In this document: positions 9,354-20,146 of the stretch, piece after piece
How the letters are laid out: each line of letters opens with the position of its first letter
Position numbering within the stretch: position 1 is the first letter of the stretch
IMG/VR virus record: IMGVR_UViG_3300043499_000238
Coordinates: 32,001 to 96,000 of that record
DNA length: 64,000 bases
Source of the DNA: a virus
Reading direction: 5' to 3' (one strand)
The notes under the pieces: model-generated
The model's database searches: none
Seen by the model: the letters and a program-made list of their open reading frames with translations, nothing else
What the model was told of the DNA's origin: nothing
Program-made: the position numbers and the translations under genes

Positions 9354-12300
9354 TTAGAGCAGCAGCAGGATCCCGAGCACGACGGCGCCGATCGCCCACC
9401 ACAAGAGCTGGTTCATCGTGATCCCTGGGTCGTCGCCCTGGTCGTAGACGGGGGGCGGGACGAACGGCTCGTAGTCGATGCCCTGGGCCGCCAACAGGTC
9501 ATCGAGATCGTCGTCCACCGCCCCATCATGGCTCGTAGACGCTCACCCGGCAGTCGACCCAATGGCCGGTGGCCTCCATGTGCTCACGCCGCCAGTTGTC
9601 GCGCTCGACGTGGTTGGTGAACACCTTCACGAGGCGCGCTCTCGACAGTGGCGTCCAGTGCGTCAGGGCGCAGCCAGGGCACTCGGCCTGCCAGAGCAGC
9701 ATCAGTCGGGAGGCGTCGCCCGCAGCTCGTCGCCGAGGCCGCAGAAGAGGTTGTGCTCGATGTAGTCGTCGGGGTCGTCCTCGTAGACCTTGGCGATCAC
9801 GCCGTCGTAGAACCAGCTCCAGCGGAACGTGCCCACCGTCCAGTGCTCGGCGCCCTTCTTGCGCCACCAGCAGCGGTCGCCCACGATCATCGTGCTCGCC
9901 AGCCATTCTGCTTCGTTGCAGCGGTAGCCCTCGATGATCGGCCCGACGAAGCCGGGCGGGTAGGCAGCGAGGCTCACTGGCGCGGCTCGGGCTTCCAGCC
10001 GGGTGCGGGGCCACGGGCCTCTTCCTGCCAGCTCGGCGGGAAGCGCAGGCTGTCAGCGACCCCCTTCATCCACTCGGGGTCACGCCGGTCCACTGTGTCG
10101 ATCCCCATCCCCGCCAGGGCGGCGACCGCAGCATCACGCGCCTGGGTATTGCGGATCGCATCGTCGGCGATCATGCGGGTGATCGGCACCAGCACACGCA
10201 CGAGCGTGTCGATGGTGGCGTGGAACTCGGCGCTGGTCTGGTACATGCGTGGGTAGTTGACGGAGTCGAGATCGAGCACCGCCTCCAGCAGGCGTCGGTG
10301 GGCGTTCATAGCTTCTCCCCCAGCACCCACTCGTCGGCCTCCTCGTCCCACACCATCACGTAGCGGCCGTACACGCCGAGGTCGCCCTCGGTCCACGTCA
10401 CGGTGCAGTCGAACAGCGTCCCGTCGAGACGCTCGCTCAGCGGGTGCTGGATCATCCAGCCGTCGTCACGTAGCTCGATGATGTGGTCGTTGGCGTGGGG
10501 GTCGTTCTCCAGGCGCTGCTGGGTCGCCAGCGGTAGATCTACGGGCAGGTTGCCCTTGTCGATCAGATCCTCGATGTGGTCGGCCACGATGGCGAACAGC
10601 AGCGCCAGGTCGGCGGTCAGCTTCCACATGTGCATGGAGTTGTCGAGGATGGCCGGGTTGTCGGCAGTGCGGAGCGCCATGTTCTCCAACTCGCCGTTCT
10701 TGGCCCGGCACAGGCGCGCGGCGCGCTCCGGTGTCAGCTTCTCGTCCGCTGGCAACCATCCATCATCTCTGTCACCCATCGTTGTCCTTCCTTTCGTGAA
10801 GTGGAGATCGAGACCGAGGTCGATCACGCCCCCGTCCATCAGTGGGCGCTCTCCCGGTAGGAAGGCGTGCCAGGGCCAGTCGATGTCGTCGTCAGCCACC
10901 GAGGTTCCAATCGAACGGGCGACACATGCGCCAGCGTTGCTTCCCGTCATCCTCCATGTCGAACTCCATCCACCCGTCCGGGCCTGCCTCACGCAAGAGA
11001 GGACCGACCGGGGCATCCATCTCCTGCCAGTCGGTGCAGAGCGGCTTGCCCAGCCCGTTGGACTTGAACGCTGGACTGCTCACGGCGGCCCCTCTCCCTC
11101 GTGGAGCACCAGCCCGTTGTCGCTGACGTGCTTCCAGGTCCACACACCGTCGCGGCACCAGTACTCCATGCGGGTGCCGTCGCCGTTGTTGAACCAGATG
11201 TCGGGCATCGCAGCGGCGAGGCGCACCTTGTCCTCGTTCGTCAGCTTGGCGCTCCAGGCGATGTCGCCCTTGCGCTTCACCTCGTCACTCACGGTTGCCC
11301 TCCTTGATGTGCGTGGCCATCCGCTCGATGCAGCCGCCGCCCTCGGCGCGCGATCCGCACTTGCACTCCAGCTCAGTCGGCGGCATGCCCGTCACTCGCA
11401 CGAGGTAGTGCTTGGCGTTCTCGTCAACCATCGTGTCTCTTCCTGTGACGGGCCAACGCAGCGTCTGACCTCTCTTTCACTTCATCCCAGCGGCTCTCTT
11501 CGATGCCCCTCGCTTCGTTGTAGCGGGCCATCGCCTCGGCCGCCTGCACAGGCGGACGCCCGTACTTGATCCACAGCCCGAGTGCGAGCGCCAGCTCGTC
11601 GGCCAGCGCCTTCTCGGCCACGATCTCGTCAGCGGCTCGCTGTGCGATCTCGCGGAAGATGCTGTCGGGCATCCCGATGCGACCGAGATCTTGAACCACG
11701 TCACTCATCGTCATAGTCCTTGTCCTTGTCCTCGGGAGGATCACTCAGATCACGGCCACAGGAGCATCCACAGCGCCACGGCAGGCAGCGCCCGAAGTGT
11801 CGGTGATCGCTCCGGCACTCACTCGTCGTCATAGTCCTCGTCCTTGCTCTTGCCACCCTGCTCCAACCAGGCGCCCGCCACGAAGGCGGCGAACAGCAAC
11901 AGCACTGCGACACCCACCGGGATCACGTAACCCATTCAACGACCTCCAGCGCCACCGCCATCCTCAGCGGCATCGTGGCGTACCGATCGAAGAAGCCCTT
12001 GCAGACCGGCTCGATCGGCTTGCCCTGATGCAGGTGATGATGGCACGGGATGCAGCCATCATCGTTGCGCGTTGCCTTGGCCACCATGTCGTCCACCCGC
12101 TCCTGGTCGACCGGCGAGCGCGGCCCGAAGATGCACGTACTGCACTGCTTGCGTCGGATGTGCACCTTGCCGTTGACGTAGATCTTGTGGCGCTTGCGGC
12201 TCACCGTGGATCGCGCTTGATGCAGGTCTTGCAGGTGATCGGCATCGACAGGGGAAGGTCGTGGGGGCTGGTGAAGTAGGCGCTCGTGCCGGTGCTGGGG

Positions 12301-14971
12301 CGGCAGGCGAGCACCCACTCCTTCCAGTCCCTCGACCAGAACTGCAGGTGCACCTTGCCCTCACCCCAACGGCTGCCTCCCGTGGCGACGAGGCGATAGC
12401 GCACGCCCATGACGGTGAACTTGGTCTTGTCCTTGATCGGCTTGTCGTTCACTCGATCACCTCCGAGGTACGCCACTTGCCGCTGGTGGGCTTGAACCGG
12501 ATCCAGGCAACGCCGTTGACGCACAGCCAGATGCGGCCGTCCCAGGCCACCTGGACGCCCACCGTGCAGTGCTTGAAGTCGATGTCCATGATCTGATCGA
12601 CGTTCTCGATCGAGAGCTGCCCCTCGGCGTACTGCGGCCCGAAGTCGATCGAGGCGTTGAGCGACGGCTCGTGACCACGCGACGTCCTCTTGCGAGTGAT
12701 GTGAGTCATCCCGCCCGGCAGAGGGTTGTCGCCCTTGCGGGTACGGCACTCCTCGCCGGGTCGCGCCCCGCAGAAGTGGCACAGCACGCTCTTCGGGTCG
12801 TCGTTCATGTCGACGGGTCCGCCATGATCCGCAGACGCAGCTCGGCGCGCAGCTTGGTGAGCAGAGCGTCTGAGTCGAGATACTCCTGCGTCGCCTCGCG
12901 GAATCGGCGAGGGTTCTCGCCTCGGCTGCGGTTGCGCTTGTTCAACGCTGCGTCGCAGGTGATGGCGATCGACTTGATCACGAGCTGCAGCTCGACGTCA
13001 GTCATCGGGAAGTCATCCATCGCCCAACCTCCGCAGTGTCTCGGCGTGCTCGTCCAGTGTCTCTCGGATCATCTCTGACCGATTGGCCTTGTAGGCGCGG
13101 TAGCGCGCCATTACCCGCTCCACGTCGGGGTACTGAGCGAGGTCGACGCCAATGACGTTCAGCCAACCGACCACACTGCGGCTGAGCACATCGGCCAGGT
13201 CATCGACCAGAGCGGTGAACTGGATCTCTCCGGTACGGCTGTTGCGCGGCAGCAGTGCCTCGATCGCAGCGCTGTCCTCGGGCGTCATCTGGTCGCTCAA
13301 CGTCGTGCCTTTCCTTGATGCTGTCGGTGTCGTCGGATACGGCGCGCTCTGCGCTCGTCGGGCGAGCCGAGCACCTTGCGCCCATCAGGGATCGGCATGG
13401 GTGCGCTGGAGTAGTGACGGCTCACGATGGTGTCGTGCCAGGCGTCGTTGCACTGCGGCTCGCCGTGGGGGTGGGTGCCGTGCTTGTAGTAGCGGTACTT
13501 CGTTCCGTACCAGTGCATCCAACGCCACTGACGGCCGCAGGACGGGCACAGGGGGTAGGCGAAGCGCCAACGTCGATGGCGGCTCACGGCAGCGGCTCCG
13601 TCAAGCGCTCATGCAAGGCGTGGTGCATCTCGGCGGTGGCGACCCGCAGGCGCCGCTGGGCCATCCGCAGTTCCCCTTCGAGGTGCTCGACGTCATCGAA
13701 GGCTTCGTCCCAGCGCTTCACCGCCTGGGCGTACGTGAGTCGCTCAACTATCATGACTCTCGCTCCCTCACGCACTTGGAGCCACGGCAGAGTCCTTCGA
13801 CAGGAACCGACCGCAGCACGCCGCAGTTGGGGCACTGCACGACCTCTCTCGCCCGCCCACCCCAGTCGGCCGAGGCGATGTCACTCGTCCACCCGTAATC
13901 ACCCTCGTGCTCGCCGTAGAGGACGGCGTAGTGATCGGTGTGCGGCCCCTTGCGCTCGCACTTGGTGCGCGACTGGTGGCCTGGTCCGTGGTAGATCACG
14001 GCCTCGCACGGCTTGTTCAAGTCGAGCATCTGCTGGGCGAAGGCGGGCCAGTCGGTGGTGCCGTCGTCGTTGGCCGGGATCTCGGGCAGGCCCAGGATCT
14101 GAGCGATGGTCATCTTCGGATCGTCGGTCACGACATCGCCTTCAAGACCATCTCGGCCAACTCTTGGCCCCCGGAGTAGTCACGGTCGAGGCCGAGAGCG
14201 ATCACCGTCTCGGCCTCCTGACGGATCTTGTCCCACTCGTCCGTCTCTTCGACCTTGCAGATGCGGTAGCCCATCGACTCCAGGCCCGCCACGCAGTAGG
14301 TGCAGGCGTCCATCCAGGCACTGTCGGTGCTGGCACCGATGGCCTGCCACAGGTCACCACTCGACGGTGCGTCGGACCCCTTGCGGAGGCCGGTGTGGAC
14401 GCCGATGGCGATGTTCTCGACCGCTTGCTCCCGCTCCATGGGCGTGTACTTGGTGCTCATGGTGCCTTATCGTACAACGACGTTGAACGATCATGCAACA
14501 CAGTGCGTAGATCCTCCACCAACTGCATGCGCAAACGTAGGATCCTGGTGTCGAGCTGTTCGTAGAGTCCGAGCAGCTCGACACTGACGCCCAATCGGCT
14601 CATCTTCTGCAGCAGATCGCGCGCATCACGCTCCAGAAGCATGATGTCGACCCTCGTTGAGGCCGTTTCGTTGAAGATCACGGCTGGGGAGCGGCCTTCT
14701 TGGCCCCCGGAGCCGCCTTCTTGGCCGCTGCGGCCTTCTTCACGGGCTGTGAGCGCTCCTGAGTTGGCTCGGGGAGGTAGGCGACGCCCGCGATCGGCCT
14801 CTTCTCGTCTAATCCGAGCAGTTTGACGACCGCACCGCGCAGGTTGGAGTCGTCCTGCACCCCTCGAACGTCCACCACGACCCCCTCGGAGGTCATGAAG
14901 CGGTACGTCGTCCAGCGGTACTCGACCTCGTAGCCCGTCTCAGTGGGCACGAGGCGGATGATGTTCGTCAT
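9354..14971 (-). other. Train of about 22 small hypothetical ORFs on the - strand
   Basis: Overlapping ORFs including 14678-14971, 14457-14681, 14128-14460, 13751-14131, 13297-13587, 13013-13300, 12805-13020, 12449-12808, 12201-12452, 11923-12204, 11424-11708, 11080-11292, 10306-10779, 9974-10309, 9702-9977. Confidence 0.75.
14469..14498 (-). promoter_or_regulatory. Internal promoter with the palindromic operator in its spacer
   Basis: - strand: TTGCAT, 18 nt containing CAACGTCGTTG, TACGAT, 8 nt, ATG at 14460. Confidence 0.65.
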
Positions 14972-15010
14972 CCGGTCATCCTAAGTCGTGAAACGTCCTT
15001 GTGAAGCACA

Positions 15011-15032
15011 GAAGCCCCCCGAAGGGGGCTTC
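15011..15032 (-). terminator. Intrinsic terminator-like hairpin ending the secreted-protein operon
   Basis: GAAGCCCCC-CGAA-GGGGGCTTC (UUCG loop on the - strand). Confidence 0.7.
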
Positions 15033-15055
15033 CGGCTCACTCCCTGGGCGGGTTG

Positions 15056-15685
15056 TCAGGGGGCGACGTTGAAGGTCCGCAGCACGACCTCCAGTTCTGC
15101 TGGGTCGGCCGTCTGGACCTGCAACACAGCCGTGAACGCATGGTCGGCCGGGTTGGCCACCACCATGTTCCACGTCATGTGCTGTGGGCCGCAGTCCGAG
15201 CCGACCTGAACGACACCGACGAACACCGGATCGTCGTACTCCTTGAAGGCGATCGACGTGCACCCCGACGTCAGCCCGTACTGGTCCATGATCGTGAGCG
15301 GATCAGCGGTGTACGGCACGGCGAAGTAGCTCAGTCCCGGCACGTCGAAGCTCGTGTAGAACTTCTGGATGTCGGGCGAGGCCACGATCGAGGGCTGCCC
15401 CTCGGCAGCGGTCCCCTCCTCGGGGATGAACGCCGTCGTGTTGACGTCCTGCCATGACGGAGGCACCGCCACCGCGATGGTGTGGCTGTCGTCCACCAGG
15501 GGCACGTAGCCCTCGGGGATCGGGATCGTCGTGGTCGGGCCGCTGGGCACGGTCGTGGTCACTCCTGTGGTCGTTGGTGCTGCCGCCACGGTGGTCGGGG
15601 CCGTGGCGGCAGGGGTGGGTGGCGGCGCTGGCGAAGATGCGTGCACCAGCGCCGCCAGAACGAGAGCTGCTCCTGAGATGATCAT
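15056..15685 (-). CDS. Secreted/surface protein with Pro/Thr linker and globular C-terminal domain
   Basis: Signal-like N-terminus MIISGAALVLAALVHA, PT-rich linker, two Cys. Confidence 0.7.
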   Translation of the reverse strand: MIISGAALVLAALVHASSPAPPPTPAATAPTTVAAAPTTTGVTTTVPSGPTTTIPIPEGYVPLVDDSHTIAVAVPPSWQDVNTTAFIPEEGTAAEGQPSIVASPDIQKFYTSFDVPGLSYFAVPYTADPLTIMDQYGLTSGCTSIAFKEYDDPVFVGVVQVGSDCGPQHMTWNMVVANPADHAFTAVLQVQTADPAELEVVLRTFNVAP

Positions 15686-15693
15686 CGTTGTTC

Positions 15694-17724
15694 CTAGCAG
15701 GTGAGTGGGAGGAGCATCCCAGGCGTGAACCCGGGCGGCAGAGAGACGGACACCACCGGGTCGACCGGAGCCGTGGTGGGTGGTGCTGGGCAAGTCGTGG
15801 TGGGCGCAACGACGGTCGAAGTCGTCGTCGTACCCACCACGACACTCGTGGTCGACGTGATGACCGTGGTCGGTGTGACCACCGTGGTCGTCGTCGGCTC
15901 GGGATCGCCGCCAGGTGGCTGCGTGGTCGTGGTCGGTGGTGCCAGGCAGTCGATGTCGTCGGCGTTGATCCGCTGACACATGACCACCTGAGCGGTGTTG
16001 CCCGCATCAGCGTCGCCGGTACCAATGATGTTGCCCGCATCGTCCAGAGCGAGCACCTGCACGGCGTCGCCTGACTGCACCCCGTTCACGTTGTTCCCCT
16101 GGCTCACGCTCTGCGTGGTGTTGTTGCCCGTGTTGGCGTTGGCCAGGCCCAGCGAGATGATCACCGTCACCTGACGCATGTTCGCCTGCGCTCCGGTGGC
16201 CGACGTGGTCGTCGTGTCGAGACCCTCGAACGAGGCGTCGAGGCGCAGCAGCACGCCCTGGAACGGCACGTCGATCCCCCGGCTGACGGCGTCCATCGTG
16301 GCGCCGTTGGCAGAGTCGTGCACGAGGGCGAGCATCTCGGCCATGAAGGCCGCCATCATCACGATCGATGAGGCGTCGTCGGCTGAGAGGGTCTGGATGC
16401 CGCCACCCAAGACGTTCCCTCCGGTGTTAGCTGCAGCGGCTCCCATGTTGGCCACGAGGACGTTCTGCACGATGTCCACCACACCGTCGCCCGATGAAGC
16501 CGCAAGAGCAACCTGGCGAACGAACGTGTCGCTGTCGTTACCCACTGCGGTGGCGTCTCCACTGGAGATGGCGCCTGCCGCCGGGCCGTACCCGTACGAC
16601 TGGAGCAGCGCCGGGAGGAGCATGGCGAAGAGGTCTTGTGCGTAGGCGTTGTCGTCGGTCGGGTCGGCGGAGAGAAGTCCACCAGCTACTCCTGAGATGT
16701 CGTTGATACCTGAGTTGGCGAGGGCGAAGCCCACGTTGAGCACCGTGGCGCGTTGCGTCACGTTGAGGGTCGCAGTGTCCTCACCGAGTAGCTGTGCGTA
16801 CTGGTCGATGTTGGTGGTCGACAGGTTGCCGGTAGCGGCCGCATCACCGGCAGTGATCGCACCGCCCGAGCCGCCGGTAGCCCCGGCGCCCGTGACACCG
16901 TTCAGTCCGGTGTTCGCCGTACCGAGGCCCATCCACAGTGAGATGGCGAGCTGCCCGGCGTGGGCGTCGGTGTCCTCGTCGCCCGTCTCGCGCGCCGCCT
17001 GGGTGATGTATTGGCCGATATCGAGGCCGGTGGCGTCGGCGTCGCCCGTGGTGACGCCTGCGGTCAGTCCTGCTCCGCCTGGCGTGCTCGCAACGCCGTT
17101 GTAGCCGGAGTTGGCCAGTGCCACCCCAACATTGATGATGAGGGCCACCTGGACGACGTTGGCGATGGCTTGGTCCTGCAGCGTGATGTCAGCGCCCTGA
17201 GTGACGACATTGGCGTCCTGAGAGCCGACAGCGTCTGCAGCGCCAGTAGCGATGTCAGCAGGAAGCTGCCCACCGCCCGGCTGGCCAGAGTTGTCGACCG
17301 CATTGTTGCCTCCCGTGTTGGCGTTGGCCACCACGGTGGCGGTGACCACGGACTGCTGGTCCTGGTTGACCTGGTTGGGGTTGGAGGTAGGAGCGATCGC
17401 CACCGTCGTCTCGGCGTCGACCACCTGCTGCGGCGTGGTCACAGAATCATTCGATGATTCGGTACCGACGGGCGCTGGCGCTGTGGTGGCTGCCTCGGTA
17501 GGCGCCGGGGTCGTCTCCGGGTCCGTCACCACGATCTGGATCGTCGTGGGAGGATCGGTGTCGGGCGCCTGGGTGGTGGGAGCCTCAGTGACCGGCGCCG
17601 TGGTGGGCGCCTCGGTCGGCGGAGGTGTCTCCGGTGGAGTACTGGCGTCCACCATCGCCGCACCGATCATGGTCAGTGCCGCCGTTGTGACGAAGGCCGT
17701 CACGAGCCTGATGCCGCGCATCAA
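15694..17724 (-). CDS. Secreted repeat protein (ANTGxN and IxTGDAxAxG repeats) flanked by Thr-rich stalks
   Basis: Signal peptide; about five copies each of ANTGGN/ANSG-type and TGDADATG-type motifs. Confidence 0.8.
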   Translation of the reverse strand: MMRGIRLVTAFVTTAALTMIGAAMVDASTPPETPPPTEAPTTAPVTEAPTTQAPDTDPPTTIQIVVTDPETTPAPTEAATTAPAPVGTESSNDSVTTPQQVVDAETTVAIAPTSNPNQVNQDQQSVVTATVVANANTGGNNAVDNSGQPGGGQLPADIATGAADAVGSQDANVVTQGADITLQDQAIANVVQVALIINVGVALANSGYNGVASTPGGAGLTAGVTTGDADATGLDIGQYITQAARETGDEDTDAHAGQLAISLWMGLGTANTGLNGVTGAGATGGSGGAITAGDAAATGNLSTTNIDQYAQLLGEDTATLNVTQRATVLNVGFALANSGINDISGVAGGLLSADPTDDNAYAQDLFAMLLPALLQSYGYGPAAGAISSGDATAVGNDSDTFVRQVALAASSGDGVVDIVQNVLVANMGAAAANTGGNVLGGGIQTLSADDASSIVMMAAFMAEMLALVHDSANGATMDAVSRGIDVPFQGVLLRLDASFEGLDTTTTSATGAQANMRQVTVIISLGLANANTGNNTTQSVSQGNNVNGVQSGDAVQVLALDDAGNIIGTGDADAGNTAQVVMCQRINADDIDCLAPPTTTTQPPGGDPEPTTTTVVTPTTVITSTTSVVVGTTTTSTVVAPTTTCPAPPTTAPVDPVVSVSLPPGFTPGMLLPLTC

Positions 17725-17742
17725 ATCCGCCTTTCATGCAAA

Positions 17743-17772
17743 GGGGCGGGGCCACCGAAGCAGCCCCGCCCC
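17743..17772 (-). terminator. Intergenic hairpin (attenuator or mRNA stabiliser) between the two repeat-protein genes
   Basis: GGGGCGGGGC-N10-GCCCCGCCCC. Confidence 0.6.
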
Positions 17773-17806
17773 AGGTTCTCCTCAGACTCCTCAGAGGAGA
17801 GGTTGG

Positions 17807-18841
17807 TCAGCCTGCGTCGCCGGTCGCCGCGGCCGAGTCGGCCGTGGTGTTGTCCTGCGTCTGCGTGACCGTCAACGTCGCGGTGTTGGTGGCCGTGGCC
17901 GCCCCCGTCGTGATGTTGTTGCTCGCCGTCGAGGCGTTGGTCCCGGTGTTGGTGTTGCCACCGCTGCTGGTCCCACCCGCACCACCGGTCGCCTCGGCGG
18001 CATCGCTGCCGCTGGCGGCCGACGCACCCGAGCCGCCGGAGGCGGACGAGGTCGAGTCGCTGGACGAGTCGCTGGTGTGGGCGCTGCCGCCGTCGGCGTC
18101 GCTGTCGGCGTCCTGCGACGCCGAGTTGCTCTGGTTCACCGTGTTGGTCGCCGTGTTGCCGCCCGAGTTGGACGAGGCGTCCTGGCTCACCGAAGCGTGC
18201 ACGGTGGCGTCCTGGTAGACGCTCGCCGAAGCGCTGGCCTCCGCACCGGTCGGCGTCGAGGACGCCGCGGTGGCGCCGCCAGCCGAGGAGGCCGACGTGG
18301 CCGCCCCACCGGTCGCCGTCGCCGTGTTGGTGTTGTCGTTGGTCTGCTCCTGCGAGATGCCGCCGTTGACGGTGTTGCCCGCCGTGGCCGCACCGGCTGC
18401 GATGCCGTTGGTGGCGCCGCTCGTGTTGCCGCCCGTGTTGCCGTTGGTGGCATCGCTGCCGCCGCCGACTCCGCCGGTCGCCTTCACGCCGCCGCCGCCC
18501 TCGGCCGCCGAGGCGCCCGAGCCGGAAGCCGCCGAGACCTCGTCCTCGGAGCGGTCGCTCGAAGAAGCGTCCCCACCGTTGGCGTCGGAGTTGGACTCCT
18601 GGTCGGCGCTGTTGGACTGGTCGACGTAGTTGTACTCGACGTTGTCCCCGGTGTTGGTGTACGCCTTCTGGCACAGCTCGACGTCGGCGACGGCCGACTG
18701 AGTCACGCTGGAGCTGGCGTCCGAGACGGCCGGATCGGGAGCCGGTGCCTCTTCGGCGGACGCCGCAGCGCCGACACCGATGGTCAACCCCGCCGAAGCG
18801 AGGGTGGCGAGAACGACTCGCCGGGTCTTGGAACGAAGCAT
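17807..18841 (-). CDS. Secreted low-complexity A/S/T/G/N/Q protein with two internal repeats (curlin/amyloid-like)
   Basis: Signal peptide ending ASA; strong SD (AGGAGG); repeats NTGDNVEYNYVDQSNSADQ and NSGGNTATNTVNQSNSASQ. Confidence 0.8.
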   Translation of the reverse strand: MLRSKTRRVVLATLASAGLTIGVGAAASAEEAPAPDPAVSDASSSVTQSAVADVELCQKAYTNTGDNVEYNYVDQSNSADQESNSDANGGDASSSDRSEDEVSAASGSGASAAEGGGGVKATGGVGGGSDATNGNTGGNTSGATNGIAAGAATAGNTVNGGISQEQTNDNTNTATATGGAATSASSAGGATAASSTPTGAEASASASVYQDATVHASVSQDASSNSGGNTATNTVNQSNSASQDADSDADGGSAHTSDSSSDSTSSASGGSGASAASGSDAAEATGGAGGTSSGGNTNTGTNASTASNNITTGAATATNTATLTVTQTQDNTTADSAAATGDAG

Positions 18842-19039
18842 TGTGCCTCCTGGTTCAGGGCGTTACCGCCGTTTGCTGCGCCGAGGGGTGCCTGAGTGGA
18901 AGCTGACCCGGTTACCCGCCGTCCCCGCCACACCGTGTTCCTCTCGACTCGGAGCGCAACCTAACACAGATGTGGTGCGTGATGGAAGCGTTCACACACG
19001 CTTCTTTCAAGGATGTGGAGTGTTACGACTAGGTGACAA

Positions 19040-19297
19040 TCAACGACGTTGGCACCTGCGTGAGCGCCTACGCGACAAGACCCCGAGGTCACCTCCATCC
19101 TCGGGGTCTTGGGGTTCGGTCTTCGGCCTGCGGAACATGCGCAGACTGCGCTCGGGTGTCCACAGCGCCGACAGGTTGGCGCAGCGCGTTCGACGGCCCA
19201 CCGACGACACGCCGATCGCCGCCTGGGTCAACGGTCGGGTGGCCGTCTTCGCCCATTCGTCGTACTGCGGTTTCGTGGGAGCTGGGTCGAGCTTCAC
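19040..19297 (-). CDS. Hypothetical protein (leaderless)
   Basis: TACGGT-6 nt-GTG on the - strand. Confidence 0.4.
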   Translation of the reverse strand: MKLDPAPTKPQYDEWAKTATRPLTQAAIGVSSVGRRTRCANLSALWTPERSLRMFRRPKTEPQDPEDGGDLGVLSRRRSRRCQRR

Positions 19298-19382
19298 GCT
19301 CCGACCGTAGATCCCCAGTGGCGAGGTGATGTTGTGGGTTATGTCGTTGCAGTCATTCAACGACGTGTCTAGACTGCCACCC

Positions 19383-19493
19383 ATGAGCTATCGCCGTGGC
19401 ACCCGCCGCAAGCGCATCGACTGGGGTGGCTACTTCGAGTGCGCCCTTCTCACTGTCGGGATCACGCTGATCGTCCTCGCGATCGCCATCTGA
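19383..19493 (+). CDS. 36-aa single-TM peptide (not in the ORF track)
   Basis: MSYRRGTRRKRIDWGGYFECALLTVGITLIVLAIAI; promoter TTGCAG-17 nt-TAGACT-7 nt-ATG. Confidence 0.65.
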   Translation: MSYRRGTRRKRIDWGGYFECALLTVGITLIVLAIAI

Positions 19494-19504
19494 ACGGAAC
19501 CACC

Positions 19505-20146
19505 ATGAACCTCCGATCACGCCTCACTACTCACTCCGACACCGTGGCCGCCCGCAAGCGCGACAAGCGGTGGGCGCACTTCATCGCCACCTTCCCCGAT
19601 CTCTACCGCATGACCGTGCTTGACCTCGGTGGCACCGTCAGCTCGTGGCAGCACGCGCCGGTCCAGCCTCTCCATGTCCACTGCATCAACCCGTGGGAGG
19701 ACGAGGTGACCGAGGGGCGGATCACCTCCGAGCAGGAGGACGCCTGCGTCCCTCTCGCCTGGAAGTCACGCCGCCAGGTGTACGACCTCGTCTACTCCAA
19801 CTCGGTGATCGAGCACGTCGGCGGCCACCGCATGCGTATGCGGTTCGCCGAGGTCGTGCGGAACAAGGCGGTACGTCACTGGGTGCAGACGCCGTACCGC
19901 TACTTCCCGGTGGAGCCGCATGTGATGGCGCCGATGATCCAGTTCCTCCCCCTGGCGGCTCGGGCCAAGTTTGCCGAGTACTGGCCGCTGCACACCACGC
20001 CGCACGACTTCCGCGACTCGGTCGTCACGCAGATGAACACCGAGCTGCTGGACATCACCCTGATGCGCCTCTACTTCCCCGGCAGCCAGATCCACTACGA
20101 GCGCATGGCCGGTCTGGTCAAGAGCATCACGGCAGTGCAGGCGTGA
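19505..20146 (+). CDS. Class I SAM-dependent methyltransferase
   Basis: Motifs VLDLGG, YDLVYSNSVIEHVG, WVQTPYRYFPVEPH. Confidence 0.85.
   Translation: MNLRSRLTTHSDTVAARKRDKRWAHFIATFPDLYRMTVLDLGGTVSSWQHAPVQPLHVHCINPWEDEVTEGRITSEQEDACVPLAWKSRRQVYDLVYSNSVIEHVGGHRMRMRFAEVVRNKAVRHWVQTPYRYFPVEPHVMAPMIQFLPLAARAKFAEYWPLHTTPHDFRDSVVTQMNTELLDITLMRLYFPGSQIHYERMAGLVKSITAVQA

Noticed and set aside
10403-14565. Long + strand ORFs 10403-11569 and 13255-14565, and similar long antisense ORFs (e.g. 17252-18895, 42909-44657, 55201-56784, 62121-63800)
   Set aside because: These are shadow ORFs from high GC3 on the opposite strand; they show no protein-like motifs and overlap better-supported genes.
18880-18945. 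c-di-AMP (ydaO) or c-di-GMP riboswitch call
   Set aside because: Only fragmentary similarity (AGCTGACCCGGT is on the wrong strand for the gene); kept only as an unspecified leader.
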